Source: Methanothrix sp.
GTDB taxonomy: Archaea > Halobacteriota > Methanosarcinia > Methanotrichales > Methanotrichaceae
Assembly: GCA_963682135.1 (NCBI GenBank)
Contig: OY821645.1
Coordinates: 160,001 to 224,000, forward strand
Reading direction: 5' to 3'
Length of the DNA: 64,000 nt
The position numbers were made by a program, and so were the translations under genes. The notes beneath the pieces were generated by a model. The model did not search any database and had not been told where the DNA came from. It saw only the letters and a list, made by a program, of their open reading frames with translations. Of the stretch, positions 48,618 to 60,171 are shown in pieces (within the stretch, counting starts at the first letter, position 1; each line of letters begins with the position of its first letter).

Positions 48618-49910
48618 CTAAATCGTTCTCAGCCATCGTTCTTTCATTTCCGCAAACGTACCCGTTCGTATGCTTTCTCTGATCTCTTCCATGAAGCTGA
48701 GTATAAAATGTAGATTATGAAGCGTGGCCAGCCGGAAGTAGGACAGCTCTCGTGAGACATAGAGATGGCGAAGGTAAGCTCGCGAGTAGGTGGCGCAGGT
48801 CGAACAGGTGCAATTGGAGTCGATTGGCGAGCCGTCCTCTTTGAATTTCGCCGATTTGATATTAATGTGGAACTTATTGTCCTGTGATCCACCTGCTTGA
48901 GGCGAGAGCAAGAGGCTTCCTCGCCTGGCGATTCTGGTGGGAGAGACGCAGTCAAAGGTATCGATTCCTCGGGCCACGCATTCAAATATATCGTCGATCT
49001 CGCCTATGCCCAGGAGGTGTCGTGGCCGGTCGTCATCCAATCTGGGAACAGTCCAGTCCAGGACCTGATGCATGTCTTGCTTGCTGTTCCCCAGAGAGCC
49101 CCCAATGGCAATGCCGTCAAAAGGCTGGGCAGAGATGGCCTGTGTGCTTTCCTGCCTCAAATCCTCAAACCACCCGCCCTGTATTATGCCATAGAGAGCC
49201 TGATCTTTATCATGATATGAAATGGACTCCTGCGCCCAATCATGGGTTCTTTGCATTGCCTTCTTGGTGTAATCGTAGTCTGAGAGAGGAGAAGTGCATT
49301 CGTCAAATGCCATGATGATATCAGACCCGAGGTTAGATTGAATCTTCATCGACTTTTCTGCATTTAAAAAATGCCAGGCTCCGTCGGCAAGGGACTTGAA
49401 AGAGATGCCCTCATCGGTGATCTTAGTCAAATTCTCCTTCTTGGCCACCTTATGCTTTGCTTTCTCGCGATCAACGGATCTTATGCAATTGTCATCATAT
49501 TTTTTCCGGTAGTCTTTATAAATCTCGGCATGATCACTTGATGCCATTTCTTCCGGGAAGATATTTCCGATTTTGCTGATGTTATGCTCTCTGGCAAAGC
49601 CTAAGGAAAATGCCTGAAATCCGCCGGAATCGGTGAACGTGGGCCGGTCAAATCCCATGAACCGGTGCAGTCCGCCTAGCCTCTTTATCAGCTCGTCGCC
49701 CGGCGACAAATGAAGATGGTAGGTATTGGCAAGGGTACACTCTGCGCCTAAACTGAGCAGGTCATCGGAGCCCAAAGCTCTTACGCTGCCCATTGTTGCC
49801 ACCGGGACCAGGTAGGGTGTCTGTATATCTCCCCGCCTGGTTTTTATCAGACCCAGTCTTGCTGAAGATTGCTTATCCTGCTTTAATATCTCAAAAGATA
49901 TCGCGCCCAT
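48618..49910 (-). CDS. tgt: Bacterial-type tRNA-guanine(34) transglycosylase
   Basis: LANTYHL, TDSGGFQ, AFDEC, GIIQGG, IGGSLG, DTFDC and Zn site CTCSTC...H; no PUA extension. Confidence 0.9.
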   Translation of the reverse strand: MGAISFEILKQDKQSSARLGLIKTRRGDIQTPYLVPVATMGSVRALGSDDLLSLGAECTLANTYHLHLSPGDELIKRLGGLHRFMGFDRPTFTDSGGFQAFSLGFAREHNISKIGNIFPEEMASSDHAEIYKDYRKKYDDNCIRSVDREKAKHKVAKKENLTKITDEGISFKSLADGAWHFLNAEKSMKIQSNLGSDIIMAFDECTSPLSDYDYTKKAMQRTHDWAQESISYHDKDQALYGIIQGGWFEDLRQESTQAISAQPFDGIAIGGSLGNSKQDMHQVLDWTVPRLDDDRPRHLLGIGEIDDIFECVARGIDTFDCVSPTRIARRGSLLLSPQAGGSQDNKFHINIKSAKFKEDGSPIDSNCTCSTCATYSRAYLRHLYVSRELSYFRLATLHNLHFILSFMEEIRESIRTGTFAEMKERWLRTI

Positions 49911-50108
49911 ATCCGATTACCTGAATGAAGCCATTATTTCCCAAATCCCGCCACATGAAAATTGCCCAATCTTGCTCTCATGCCTAGTTTCCCTTTGCAG
50001 TCAGCCGGCGGAAAAAGCTTTTGCATGAATAACGTATGAATGGAGTAGGCTACTCTATAAAATTGTGTATCCGAAATGAAAAAGTTTAAATGTTGTCGAG
50101 GATTGAAG

Positions 50109-50602
50109 ATGAGCGTGCATAGCGGCGGAATTCTCCTATTCAGGTTTAGAGCAAACAAGCTGGAAGTGCTGCTAGTCCATCCAGGTGGCCCTTTTTGGTC
50201 AGGGAAAGATGAGGGTGCCTGGTCGATACCCAAAGGCGTTTTTAGAGATCATGAGAGCCCACTGGACGCTGCGAAAAGGGAATTTAGAGAGGAGACGGGC
50301 TATGAAGTTGCAGGGCAGTTCACAAATCTTGGCACGATCCGGCAGCCCAGCAAAAAGATTGTGCATGTGTGGGCAAATCAATCTGATTTAGATGCCTCTC
50401 TGGCCAAGAGCAATAAATTTAGCATGGAATGGCCGAGAAAATCCGAATCATGAGAGAATTTCCCGAGGTCGACAAAGCCGAATGGTTCGAGGCTGGGAAA
50501 GCCAGAAAAAAAATCCTGAAAGGGCAGGCCGGTTTTATTGATAGACTCCTGAAGGCAGTCAATTATGATCTAAAAAAAGAAGCCATTACAGAGCCTTCTT
50601 GA
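50109..50602 (+). pseudogene. NUDIX hydrolase with a single-base frameshift
   Basis: HPGGPFW, WSIPKG and REFREETG. After EWPRKS the family motif MREFPEVDKAEWF is in another frame (~50445). Confidence 0.8.
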
Positions 50603-51284
50603 CCATTTCCACCAACTCCTTCTGTATTGCGCTCCTGCGATCTCCTCCACAGACGATGCCGCGCACGCCGATGATGTCCGGCTGCAACCTTCCCAGAAGC
50701 TCCAGATGGGCGAAGTTGATGCTTCCGGCAATTGCCACCTCTAGACCGGCGGCATGGCCCAGATCGATAAAGTCTCTTAGATCCTGCTCGCTCATGAAAT
50801 CAAAGGTAGGCTTTCCGTCTTTGACGGCTGTGTCTACCATTACAAGGTCTGCGCCGGCTTTGGCAGCAGCCGCGGGCAGGAGTTGGGGAGAGATGGATCC
50901 AACTCGGGCGTAGTCAGAGTAGGCTGATGCAACCACCTTCTTGCCGGCATCGTAGTCCTTGACGGCTCGTACGATACCCACCAGCATCTCTTCCGCTTGG
51001 GCTGGAGTCTTTACGCCTAAGAGGCCCGCCTTTACGTACTCGGCACCGGAGACCGCCGCACCTAGAGCCGCCAGGCTCGCGGTGCCCGGCTTGAATTCCA
51101 GGTCGCCGATTGTGGCGGAAACCGGCACCCTGCCTTGGGCCAGGTCTGCCACAGCCCGGATAGCCCAGGGAAAGTTCGCGCCAAGCGATCCTTCTTTGGG
51201 ATTTTTAACGTCTATTATGTCTGCACCGCCGGCCAGAGCCGCTCGTGCTTCATCAATATTCATGGGGCTAACCAACAATCTCAT
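50586..51284 (-). CDS. mfnB: (5-formylfuran-3-yl)methyl phosphate synthase
   Basis: MRLLVSP, DVKNPKEGSLGA, SATIGD, DTAVKDG and GVRG. Confidence 0.93.
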   Translation of the reverse strand: MRLLVSPMNIDEARAALAGGADIIDVKNPKEGSLGANFPWAIRAVADLAQGRVPVSATIGDLEFKPGTASLAALGAAVSGAEYVKAGLLGVKTPAQAEEMLVGIVRAVKDYDAGKKVVASAYSDYARVGSISPQLLPAAAAKAGADLVMVDTAVKDGKPTFDFMSEQDLRDFIDLGHAAGLEVAIAGSINFAHLELLGRLQPDIIGVRGIVCGGDRRSAIQKELVEMVKKAL

Positions 51285-51311
51285 ATTCATCCAATCCCGA
51301 AAGGAGCAATC

Positions 51312-52001
51312 GTGCGATGCATCTTCGTCCTCGATATACTTAATGGTGCTGTTGTCCATGCCGTGCGCGGAGAGAGGAGTCATTATGAGCCTATTGCCGG
51401 CTTTTCTAGAATCGTGTCCACATCCGAGCCGCTGGGCATTTTGCATGAGCTTCGCCCCAGAGAGGTTTACGTCGCCGACCTTAACCTGCTGATGGGTCGA
51501 GGCGATAATTTGGCGGTCATAAGGCAGATTTCGTCTCTGACAAAGACCATGGCAGATACGGGGATTTCCAGGGCCAGCGATCTGGATCGGCTGCCTTCAT
51601 CCGTATCTACGGTACTGGGTACGGAAACCGCCTCGCTGCAGCTCATGCAAGCGGCTGCAAGCAAATACGGGATAATAGTAAGCATTGATATGAAGAAGAG
51701 GAAGGTATTGGCCCGCGATCCCCGGCTAGCCGGGCAGACGCCCTTGCAACTCTTGAAGAGTTTAAACGACCTGAACTTGGAAGGAGTTATCCTTCTAGAG
51801 CTGGATAGGGTGGGCACTTCTGCAGGACTTGATATACCGTTTCTGGAGGAAGCTGGGACAGCTGCCGAGCATCCACTCATACTGGGAGGAGGCGTAAAGG
51901 GGGAGGAAGATCTGTCGGCTTTGGAGGAGATGGGCTTTTCAGGAGCATTGCTGGCAACGGCACTGCACAATGGCCGAATACCAGTGGCGCGAGTGCAGTA
52001 A
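51312..52001 (+). CDS. HisA/HisF-related TIM-barrel protein
   Basis: VLDILNGAVVHAVRGER..Y, YVADL and GGGV; GTG start after AAGGAG. Confidence 0.85.
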   Translation: MRCIFVLDILNGAVVHAVRGERSHYEPIAGFSRIVSTSEPLGILHELRPREVYVADLNLLMGRGDNLAVIRQISSLTKTMADTGISRASDLDRLPSSVSTVLGTETASLQLMQAAASKYGIIVSIDMKKRKVLARDPRLAGQTPLQLLKSLNDLNLEGVILLELDRVGTSAGLDIPFLEEAGTAAEHPLILGGGVKGEEDLSALEEMGFSGALLATALHNGRIPVARVQ

Positions 52002-52013
52002 TTGGAGCGTCCG

Positions 52014-52262
52014 TCATTCCTGCAATAGCATATTATTAACTCTACTTATTGTCTCCTGCATATTTGCGCCTTCCTTAGTTGTTTTATATAATATGTGATT
52101 CTCTTGGCTGGCCTCTAATAGATTATTTTTAATGAGGGTATCCAGATAGGGATTTACGGTTCTGAAGTTGAGGTTGGCTTGGTATACGATTCTTGTCTTG
52201 CTGGCTCCGTTTAAGCATATTTCAAGAATTTTAGAAAATATCTCCTGTTTGCTTCTCTTCAT
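52014..52262 (-). CDS. Archaeal winged-HTH regulator
   Basis: KRSKQEI..IL..C..GASKTRIVYQANLNF...YKTTKEG. Confidence 0.85.
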   Translation of the reverse strand: MKRSKQEIFSKILEICLNGASKTRIVYQANLNFRTVNPYLDTLIKNNLLEASQENHILYKTTKEGANMQETISRVNNMLLQE

Positions 52263-52507
52263 GACCTGACTTCCTGTATTTTTCCCTTCTTATTTAGAGA
52301 AGAGATCATCTATGATCATATAGACGATTATGTAAAGTCAGAAACTACAGATCTGACCAACACTATTCTCCTTAACAATGATACGTATCAATGATCACTA
52401 GTAATATCACTGTTCATATCACCGGTCATAGGTGAGAGCTTCAAAAAACTCGATGAGCCATAATTGGCTAATAACAGAATAAACAATATGGCATAGGAGG
52501 CTCCAGC

Positions 52508-53128
52508 TTGGATTACTATTCCCTATATGTGGCTCTTTATCTTGTCGGATTTGCAGCTTTGCATAGTCTTCTTGCCGGTCTGCCGGCAAAGAAGATGGCG
52601 AGAAGGCACTTCGGCTCCAAGGTAGATGCCTGGTACCCTGTATTCTTCAGCACTGTGGCGGTTATTACTATAATTCCTCTTGTGATTATGCTATTTCAGT
52701 CTCCCGGACCGGTGCTGTACACTGTCCCCTATCCCTGGATGTGGCTTTTCTTTCTGGTCCAGCTTCTCATGGGAATTGCCACGCTGAGGGCGTTCCTGGA
52801 TGCGCCGCACCGATTCCTGATTCATGCCCAGCTTGCCAAGCCTCATAGTCCGGATGCATTTGCTCTGGGCATAAAAGGGATCTATTGCTGGGTTCGGGAT
52901 CCTTTCCTGCTTTCCGGCCTTATCCTCATCTGGCTCACACCCATTATGACAGAAAATTTGTTGATGGTTTATATTATAGCCTCCGTCTACCTATTCGTGG
53001 GCTCGCTTCATTGGGAAAGCAGACTTGTCGTCCAGTTTGGCGAGGATTACACTGCCTACCAGGATCAAGTTCCTCGCATGATTCCCCGTGGATTTAAGAA
53101 GTGGCACAAATGTCGCAGCAGCAAATGA
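52508..53128 (+). CDS. Isoprenylcysteine methyltransferase/NnrU-like membrane protein
   Basis: GIYCWVRDP and ESRLVVQFGEDY..Y...VPRMIP. Confidence 0.75.
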   Translation: MDYYSLYVALYLVGFAALHSLLAGLPAKKMARRHFGSKVDAWYPVFFSTVAVITIIPLVIMLFQSPGPVLYTVPYPWMWLFFLVQLLMGIATLRAFLDAPHRFLIHAQLAKPHSPDAFALGIKGIYCWVRDPFLLSGLILIWLTPIMTENLLMVYIIASVYLFVGSLHWESRLVVQFGEDYTAYQDQVPRMIPRGFKKWHKCRSSK

Positions 53129-53222
53129 TGGCATTTAATCCAGCCAATAAAATAGAGTCCAAACAGATCCATTAACTTTAAATCTTTCAAGCACATAATT
53201 AATGATAATTGATTAGGGATAG

Positions 53223-53513
53223 GTGGAAGAAATGACGAGCACAATTGATGAATATAAAAGGCTCTTTAGAGAGGCTCACGTCTCAGACCAGATGAAACTG
53301 TTCCAGCTTCACATTGCAATCTATCTGGTAGTGAATATAATTTGGCTGGCTCTAAACATGATGGGCACGATCACGATTACTCCTGCCTGGGCAATGTACT
53401 ACTCACCAGTTGGATGGGGCCTGCTGGTAATTGTGCACTACTGGTTCTATGTACGTGGCGCAGAGAACCTATGCAAACTTCGGGAAGAGATGGTGGAGGC
53501 AAAGATCAGATAG
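53223..53513 (+). CDS. 2TM-domain protein
   Basis: HIAIYLVVN...W...GWGLL..H. Confidence 0.75.
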   Translation: MEEMTSTIDEYKRLFREAHVSDQMKLFQLHIAIYLVVNIIWLALNMMGTITITPAWAMYYSPVGWGLLVIVHYWFYVRGAENLCKLREEMVEAKIR

Positions 53514-53801
53514 ATCTGCACCTCGCCTTTGCCGTTATTTTTTTCACATGGGTTGTGAAAAGCCATACGGTTGGCATTAAATATATTAGCTGCTTATGCT
53601 ATTTTGATTCCATTGCTACCCCATATCAATTATACAATGAGGTAGCATTAAAATATTTCAGTAAAAGAAGTACACAACCAAGATTAGTGGCAAATCATGA
53701 AAGGAGGCATATAAGAACGCGGGTCCCCAGATTAAAGATAGTCTCTCATGAATCGGGATTTGTGTAGGGCTACAAGGGCGAATCATAATGCTTCCGTCAC
53801 C

Positions 53802-54788
53802 TCACCCCTCCACCCTCGCCACCCCGTCTTCCACCCTGACCCAAACCGATCCGTATCCCTTCAGTGACGGCCTGAAGGCGGGCTCGGAGTTGGCCATTTG
53901 CGCCCTGACCAGTGGGTCGTAGTATTCAATGGTCCATGAACCGTTTTGCTGCGAGGTAGCATTAATAGCCACGGCATAAGCTCTCCAGTAAAAGAGCTTG
54001 ACTTGCGGCAGTCTCTCGCCCGCACCTATGGCAGCCTTCGCCTGGGTGAGGCTGGAGGCCACGGTTATCCTGGCAAAGGTCGAGCGGTTGGTGACTTTTC
54101 CCATGAGTGAGTCATACTTATAAACCTGGAACTGATGGCTGTCATTCTCCAAAACGACCCACGAGAAAGGATTGGAATCCGGGTAGACCCTTGCGTTCTG
54201 GCCATCGAAAAAGCTCTCTGCCGATGCTTTCCCCTCAATTCTTATCCCGCCCATGATCACGAAAAATAGCACAAATATTAATAGTATATTTTTATTAAAC
54301 TTTATTCTGTGCCGCTCTCTGATCAGCTCGGCTAAAACCAGCAGGCTGGCAATAAGGGCCGCCGGCTCTATTTGGGAGAAGATGTCAGCCGAATACCTGG
54401 CTGCCTGCCAGGGATAAAAGAGTGGAGCGCCTCTTGTGGTGGTATAGTCCACAAGGAGATGCATGAGGACTCCGGCATAGAGAAAGGCCAGGCTTTTTGC
54501 GGAAAATTCAAGATCATATTTAATGAACCGGCCAAGAAAGGCTTTGATCTGCTCACGGGATGCGAGATAGAAGATAAACAGAGCGAAGAAGAAGCCAAAG
54601 AAGAGAGTATGGGTGATTCCTCTGTGCACCAGGAGTAGAGTGGTCGGATAGACGTTATTGATCAAAGAGAGAGAGACATCCAGGTCGGGTGCGATCCCGC
54701 CCAGCACCAGGGCCGCAAGGAGCCTTTTATCAAGGCCGAGATAGCTGCCCAGCAGGTAGGGCAGCAATGCATGGGAAAAGAGGTCCAT
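53802..54788 (-). CDS. Membrane metal-dependent hydrolase (YdjM/DUF457-like)
   Basis: DLFSH, APDLD, HRGITH and HLLVD. Confidence 0.85.
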   Translation of the reverse strand: MDLFSHALLPYLLGSYLGLDKRLLAALVLGGIAPDLDVSLSLINNVYPTTLLLVHRGITHTLFFGFFFALFIFYLASREQIKAFLGRFIKYDLEFSAKSLAFLYAGVLMHLLVDYTTTRGAPLFYPWQAARYSADIFSQIEPAALIASLLVLAELIRERHRIKFNKNILLIFVLFFVIMGGIRIEGKASAESFFDGQNARVYPDSNPFSWVVLENDSHQFQVYKYDSLMGKVTNRSTFARITVASSLTQAKAAIGAGERLPQVKLFYWRAYAVAINATSQQNGSWTIEYYDPLVRAQMANSEPAFRPSLKGYGSVWVRVEDGVARVEG

Positions 54789-54900
54789 TCCGTTATTCCT
54801 TGATCATTGTCTTATTTTTCTCTTGCGGCCAGGCAATTTGTGCATATCATTTTTTATTTCGAAAAAATGAATAGCAAGAAACCTCAAATGGGTTAATTGC

Positions 54901-55770
54901 CTATTCAAGACTCTTGTTGCTCAGCAATCTGCCGGCCAGGAGGGCTGTTGTGCCGTCCGGGATTGTCTGCAGATCATCGGAAGTGTTTATCTGCAGTTTT
55001 GTCCTGCTCATATTTTCGGAAAGAGCCGTCGTCTGATCGGCAAGCAAGCTCGAATTGATCGTTAAATCGGGCTGCATAGCTGCCTCTGGCGAGAAAGCCG
55101 GATAGGGCATTATCATCAGGCAGGGCCCCTCGCCGCTCTCTCGTGGCAGGAATGATATTTGCGCGCTGCTGTTGCTGATGGCCTCCAGGAGGAAGGATAT
55201 CCTGTCCCCTTCATCTAAGGCATCTCTCAGCTTTTGGGAGACATCAAAGGCAAAGATGCGATCGCCATCGGTGTTGCTGCTCATGAGGGTGGCATCGTTC
55301 TTCTTGATGATATTCCAGGCGGGAAGGATATTGACCAGAAATGTGGTATAGTCCGAACTTTCATCCCAATCCGAGCCGATGGACATCAACGCCACCATGG
55401 CAGGATCGCCCTGGGTTTGCATGGATCTGGCTTTGAGCACCAGAACTGCAACATCGTTATCTGTGATATTAATGCCGGAAATGTTGAATTGAATTACAGG
55501 AGCGCCGGGATAGCTGGTCCTCTCTGTCTCTTTGCCATCCGTTACATCAACGGCACATAGAAGCGCCTCAGTTTGATTATAAACCGAGACCCGGTTTTCT
55601 CCCATGCTTATGTAAACATCCTGCGAAGCAGGAATGGCAGTCATATCGCTCTTTGCAGCATCCTCGCCCTGCGCGCTGCCGGCGAGAATTGCCGCCAGCA
55701 GCAATAGTATTAACCCCCTTCTCATCATTATCTCATCCCCTTTTTTCAGTAATCTATCTATCTGATTCAT
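54901..55770 (-). CDS. Secreted hypothetical protein
   Basis: Signal peptide RRGLILLLLAAILAGSAQG. Confidence 0.7.
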   Translation of the reverse strand: MNQIDRLLKKGDEIMMRRGLILLLLAAILAGSAQGEDAAKSDMTAIPASQDVYISMGENRVSVYNQTEALLCAVDVTDGKETERTSYPGAPVIQFNISGINITDNDVAVLVLKARSMQTQGDPAMVALMSIGSDWDESSDYTTFLVNILPAWNIIKKNDATLMSSNTDGDRIFAFDVSQKLRDALDEGDRISFLLEAISNSSAQISFLPRESGEGPCLMIMPYPAFSPEAAMQPDLTINSSLLADQTTALSENMSRTKLQINTSDDLQTIPDGTTALLAGRLLSNKSLE

Positions 55771-55809
55771 ATTTAAATTTTTAGATACAGATTGGAATTC
55801 CGATTCGGC

Positions 55810-58800
55810 TTACATGAAGTCTGCCAGCCCGGTCTGCTTGGCCTTATCGTTCTTGAAGAGGGAGTTGATCTCGATCTTCAGAAGCTGCAGTCTCTGCTTG
55901 GTGTAGCTGCTCACACCGTACTCCTCTGCCACCTTAATGGAGACCTCCAGATATTTCCTGACACTGCCCTCATGCACTGTGAGGATAATCCTGCCGCCGC
56001 ACTTGGGACAGGTCTCTTTCAAAGGAGGTCGCCGGAATTTGGCTCCGCACTTCACACACCTCACCTTCTGCTTGGAGAAGGCATGCAGATTGCCGATCAG
56101 ATCGGGAAGAAAGTGGGAGTTGATTACCCGTTCCGCTACATCCTGCTCATCCACCGCCCGGATCATGCGCCCCAGCTCCAGCTGGGCATCCATCTTGTCG
56201 ATCATGGTCTCCAGGGTCTTGTAGGCACTGTTCTTGGGGCCGGCGGCGATATCCGTTGTGGCGTGGCTGAAATTGAAGCCCACATACTGGGCATCAGATC
56301 CCAGCCTCTTGGATACCAGATCAAATTTTTTCTCCATGTCTTTGGGGTTGCCACCCAGGAGGGTGGCTTCATAAAACTCCAGAGGATAGACGGTTGTCAG
56401 ATCGAGGTTATGAGCCTCTTTATCAACTTCTGATGGATTGAGGATGGTGGTCATGACCAGGCAGGCATCCATCTTTCCTCCTCGCTTGGCAGGAAGGTAA
56501 GACATGGAGAAGTTGAGCAGCGCATCCATGAGCAGCATCACGCAGTCCTCATCCCCGTCGCAGTTGCGCCTCTTGGCGGCATGAAAGAAGGGATGGCCAA
56601 AGCCGGCTGAGGCAGGACTGTAACCGATGAGGCGGCAGAGCACTCCTGCTGAGGTGTGGGGAGCAAGGCCTATCATGAGGGTGCCGATCAGGTCAGCCGG
56701 AGTCAACGCATTGTAGTATGGCGCAAGGCCGTAGAACTTGACGAGAAGCTCATCCACGAATTTGGCCACTTTGACCAGGTATTCCCCGGCATCCACTGCC
56801 AAAATTATGTCCTGCACGCGAAGCTCGCAGACCTGATCCGATGTCGTCAGGGGAAGGTCGTGCATGTCCTCGGTGTAGCCCAAACCGCACAAGATTTCTG
56901 GGCTGGTGCCGATCTCATCCGGGCGGAAGTGAGTAAGGGGCAGATCGGTCAAATCGTATCGCACTGTGCCGTCTTTGAAGATGTTCACGCCATGTTTGGC
57001 ACGCAGTATGCCTTTCTCCAGAGGCTCGGGAGTTTTATCCCGAGAGGAGAGGCCCAGGACGCCCTTGAGCGACTCCGGTTCCCGCTCGCCCAAATTCTCC
57101 AGAGCCTGATGATACAGCTTCTTTACATCGATCTGCATCTTGGCCACGGCCGTTGTCTCTTTATCGCACTTGGGGCACTTATCCGGAGCGGGAATGTTGC
57201 ACTTGGGGCAGACCCTCTTTTTTTCTGTGTGGCTGCCGCATTCGCAGCGGAAGGAAAAGCCCTCTTTGCCGCAGGCTTTGCATACCCTCCGCTCGATCTC
57301 CACATTGATGATGCCGGTGGTATTGCTTGTGGAGTGCTTGGCGGCCTCTTGAATGGATCTTGATTTGCCGCCTTCTTCTCCTGCCGGAAAGAGCACATGC
57401 GGTGGTGGGCGCATCAATCGTTTATCCGATTTCTCGGGCCGGCCCATGCGAGCACCGATGCGCGTGGGAGCCCGAGCGCGAACGACCAGACCGGAAAGTT
57501 CATTGACCAGTTCTAATGCAGAGCCTTCTTTCTTTTCGCCTTCATTTCCTTCGTTATTACCTTCAGCCTTTTGAATGCTGCATTTCTTCAGGGCCTCGCC
57601 ATCAGGCTCCAATCCCAGGCAGAGCAAGAGCGGCAATGGATCTTCGATGATGATCTTTCCGGCTCTGACTTTGTGGAGTACCAGCAGCTTCTCCAGTGCT
57701 TGCTTGGCTGTTAGGGGGAGTCGGAGGGTTTTGGATTCAAGAACGCCTTCAGAGAATGCCAGAGTGGCAAGCTCCTCATACTCCTGCCGGGAAAGATCAT
57801 GCCACAGATAGGTATGAGCCGGATGGAGGGGCACGCCGTATTCCCGGCACAAAGCAATGGCTTCCTGTCCGTCGATCTTCTCTTTGCCGACGGGATCTCC
57901 GCCTGCCTTGAGCATCTCCTCCGCCCACCACTCAAAAGCATAGGAGGCGACAGCCAGAGGTCGATTGTTTTCCAGGAACTCGCCGTAGCTGATTAAAATT
58001 TCACCTATATCTAAAATGCTCGATATATGGGCTTTGAGCGCCGTATGAATGGTCCTGGGATCTTTGCAGCTCTTGGGCATCCATTGCAAAATATCCTGAT
58101 CGCAATCGATGCGAACCACGTCGCCGTTTAAGAGCCTCACCGTCGGCCCCTCTATGGAGTCGACGGGAGCCACAGCCGCAGCTTTTCCCGGCTGCTCCAC
58201 CTTGATCTGGGTTCCGGCAGCCATGAACTGGCCCAGGAGCATCATGGTAGCGGGGTTGATGCCGGCGGCTGCAAGGCCCGTATTTCTGGCCCGCCCGTAA
58301 CGCAATCGAAAGCCGCCTGCCCGGGAAGGATGGGAAAAGACGGGACGTCCTGCAATCAGATCCCGCAAGAACTTGGGGGTTGAGTCTCCTCCGTCTTTTT
58401 TGCCGCTGGAGAGTGTATCGAGCCACTCCCAGCCCGTGATGCCCAATTTGGTGACGTGCTTCTTGAGTTTGGGCCTCTTCAGGGCTATTCCCTCAGCTGA
58501 GACAAGAGCTATGCCGCCCCTCACGCGGTTGGTCTCGATCCTGGGAAGGTCGCGGTATCCTGATACCTCTTCTTCTTCGGTGGGCTCGCCCTCTATGCAG
58601 ATGGGGCAGTTGCGCACAATGATTCGAATCTCGTCATCGGAGGGAGAATACTGCAGTCCGGCTACGCGTTTGTATAGGCCGATCTCCTCTACATAGCGTT
58701 CCACCTCTTCGGGCCTCGGTTTCCAGGGAGCGATGCCCATGGCTCTTCTCACATAATCGGCCACGAGAACGGAGAGAGCCTGAGCGGTTCCGCCTGCAGA

Positions 58801-59229
58801 ACGAATGGGACCGGCATAGTAGACCTTGAGATATTCAGTTCCGTCATCATTCTTTCCCATATCCACGCGAGCTATTCCTTCTATGGGGGCAGCCACCACG
58901 CCCTCGGTCAGCAGGGCCACAGAAGTTCTGATAGCGTTTTCTACCGACTGAATCTTGCTGGCGCCCTTTCCCAGACGCCCTTCTGCAAAATCTATGCCTA
59001 TGGCTAAAGCCGCTTCTTCCCGGCTCAAGCCCTTCTCTTCCAGCTCCCGAACGCGCACCGCAATGCCGGGAATGCCAATCAGCTTCTCTACTCTTTCCGC
59101 CAGGTCTACTGCCAGCGGTATCTCAACATCGGTGGTGGGGTCCAGTCCACGGCTTCTTGCTGCCTGGGCTATCTGCATGGCGTTTTTAAGGCCCTGCTCT
59201 AGATGCTCGAAGTATTCGGAATTTTTCAT
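55810..59229 (-). CDS. polC: DNA polymerase D large subunit (DP2)
   Basis: [33 protein letters not shown] and Zn modules; no intein. Confidence 0.97.
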   Translation of the reverse strand: MKNSEYFEHLEQGLKNAMQIAQAARSRGLDPTTDVEIPLAVDLAERVEKLIGIPGIAVRVRELEEKGLSREEAALAIGIDFAEGRLGKGASKIQSVENAIRTSVALLTEGVVAAPIEGIARVDMGKNDDGTEYLKVYYAGPIRSAGGTAQALSVLVADYVRRAMGIAPWKPRPEEVERYVEEIGLYKRVAGLQYSPSDDEIRIIVRNCPICIEGEPTEEEEVSGYRDLPRIETNRVRGGIALVSAEGIALKRPKLKKHVTKLGITGWEWLDTLSSGKKDGGDSTPKFLRDLIAGRPVFSHPSRAGGFRLRYGRARNTGLAAAGINPATMMLLGQFMAAGTQIKVEQPGKAAAVAPVDSIEGPTVRLLNGDVVRIDCDQDILQWMPKSCKDPRTIHTALKAHISSILDIGEILISYGEFLENNRPLAVASYAFEWWAEEMLKAGGDPVGKEKIDGQEAIALCREYGVPLHPAHTYLWHDLSRQEYEELATLAFSEGVLESKTLRLPLTAKQALEKLLVLHKVRAGKIIIEDPLPLLLCLGLEPDGEALKKCSIQKAEGNNEGNEGEKKEGSALELVNELSGLVVRARAPTRIGARMGRPEKSDKRLMRPPPHVLFPAGEEGGKSRSIQEAAKHSTSNTTGIINVEIERRVCKACGKEGFSFRCECGSHTEKKRVCPKCNIPAPDKCPKCDKETTAVAKMQIDVKKLYHQALENLGEREPESLKGVLGLSSRDKTPEPLEKGILRAKHGVNIFKDGTVRYDLTDLPLTHFRPDEIGTSPEILCGLGYTEDMHDLPLTTSDQVCELRVQDIILAVDAGEYLVKVAKFVDELLVKFYGLAPYYNALTPADLIGTLMIGLAPHTSAGVLCRLIGYSPASAGFGHPFFHAAKRRNCDGDEDCVMLLMDALLNFSMSYLPAKRGGKMDACLVMTTILNPSEVDKEAHNLDLTTVYPLEFYEATLLGGNPKDMEKKFDLVSKRLGSDAQYVGFNFSHATTDIAAGPKNSAYKTLETMIDKMDAQLELGRMIRAVDEQDVAERVINSHFLPDLIGNLHAFSKQKVRCVKCGAKFRRPPLKETCPKCGGRIILTVHEGSVRKYLEVSIKVAEEYGVSSYTKQRLQLLKIEINSLFKNDKAKQTGLADFM

Positions 59230-59657
59230 TATTCTTTACCCCATAGATTCAGGCCCGTGACAGAATCAGGGACTCTTATCAGGGGCAGGCCGGAAAGCTC
59301 CTGCAAATATAGTTCGGCGGCAAAGATGGTGCCAAAGGTCAAATGGCCGCCCCACGCTCTTCCCGTCCTGTCCGATAGAACGGCGTGAGCATGCACGAAG
59401 GGCCGGCCGTCCTTCAAGGATATATTTCCAGAGCAAGATGCCAATTCCACTGGTTCTTCCAGGGAGACTTCGCCGTATTCATGAGAAATCTGATCGTAGC
59501 AAGCCAGCTTTGCCCGAGAGAGAGCACCTATAGCGCTCAGAATGCCGGTCTCAATTCCATTCTCTTCAGCCAGATGGGTGAACTGGCTGATAATATCCTC
59601 TTCGTGATCGAGCCTGGCACAGATGATGCGGCCTTGTCTGAAATTCCTGATAAGCAT
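59229..59657 (-). CDS. PPC/DUF296-domain protein
   Basis: AIGAL, SGNIS, HAHAVL and GGHL. Confidence 0.88.
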   Translation of the reverse strand: MLIRNFRQGRIICARLDHEEDIISQFTHLAEENGIETGILSAIGALSRAKLACYDQISHEYGEVSLEEPVELASCSGNISLKDGRPFVHAHAVLSDRTGRAWGGHLTFGTIFAAELYLQELSGLPLIRVPDSVTGLNLWGKE

Positions 59658-60171
59658 TAATTATCCTCTATCTACCAACGATGCATGAGATCATAATGCT
59701 TTCGTAATATCTGCATGTTGGAAAGTGAGTTCTGCTTTTCTCCACTTTTATGGATAATATTAAAACGGGACCTCATTGATGGAAATTGGTCGCTTGATCT
59801 CTTTTTAAGCAAACTTTATAAAATATATTGCCCATCAACCCCTCAGCTTCGCGTGGGGTTATGCCATGACTTAGATCGGTTGCATGCAAGAAATTTACAT
59901 TTACTTATTATTATTTTTTATTAACTCACAGATTTCCTATAGCTGTAGGAACTATAAAAATTTTTTTGTGCCATTTTTCCTGTGGAATCCTTCCTGGCAG
60001 AGAATCTTCTCTCCCGAAGGCGGGACTTTCCATTCTCGGCCAGGAGTTTAAAAACTTTGCGCCATCTCGCCATCTCTCACTCAATGCCTCACTCAATGCC
60101 TCATTTAAAGTCCCACTAATAATATCTCTCAAAGCGTCATCTATTTTTGATGTGAGATCCAATAATCTGCG

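Noticed and set aside
55810-59229. Intein in PolD DP2
   Set aside because: [11 protein letters not shown] is contiguous and the protein length is normal.
59837-59860. AACCCC...GGGGTT hairpin as an IS/REP end
   Set aside because: The stem is short and imperfect, with no supporting context.
60061-60105. Short tandem repeats (GCCATCTC x2, CTCACTCAATGC x2) as a CRISPR remnant
   Set aside because: Units are too short, there are no spacers and no cas genes. No CRISPR array was seen anywhere in the window.
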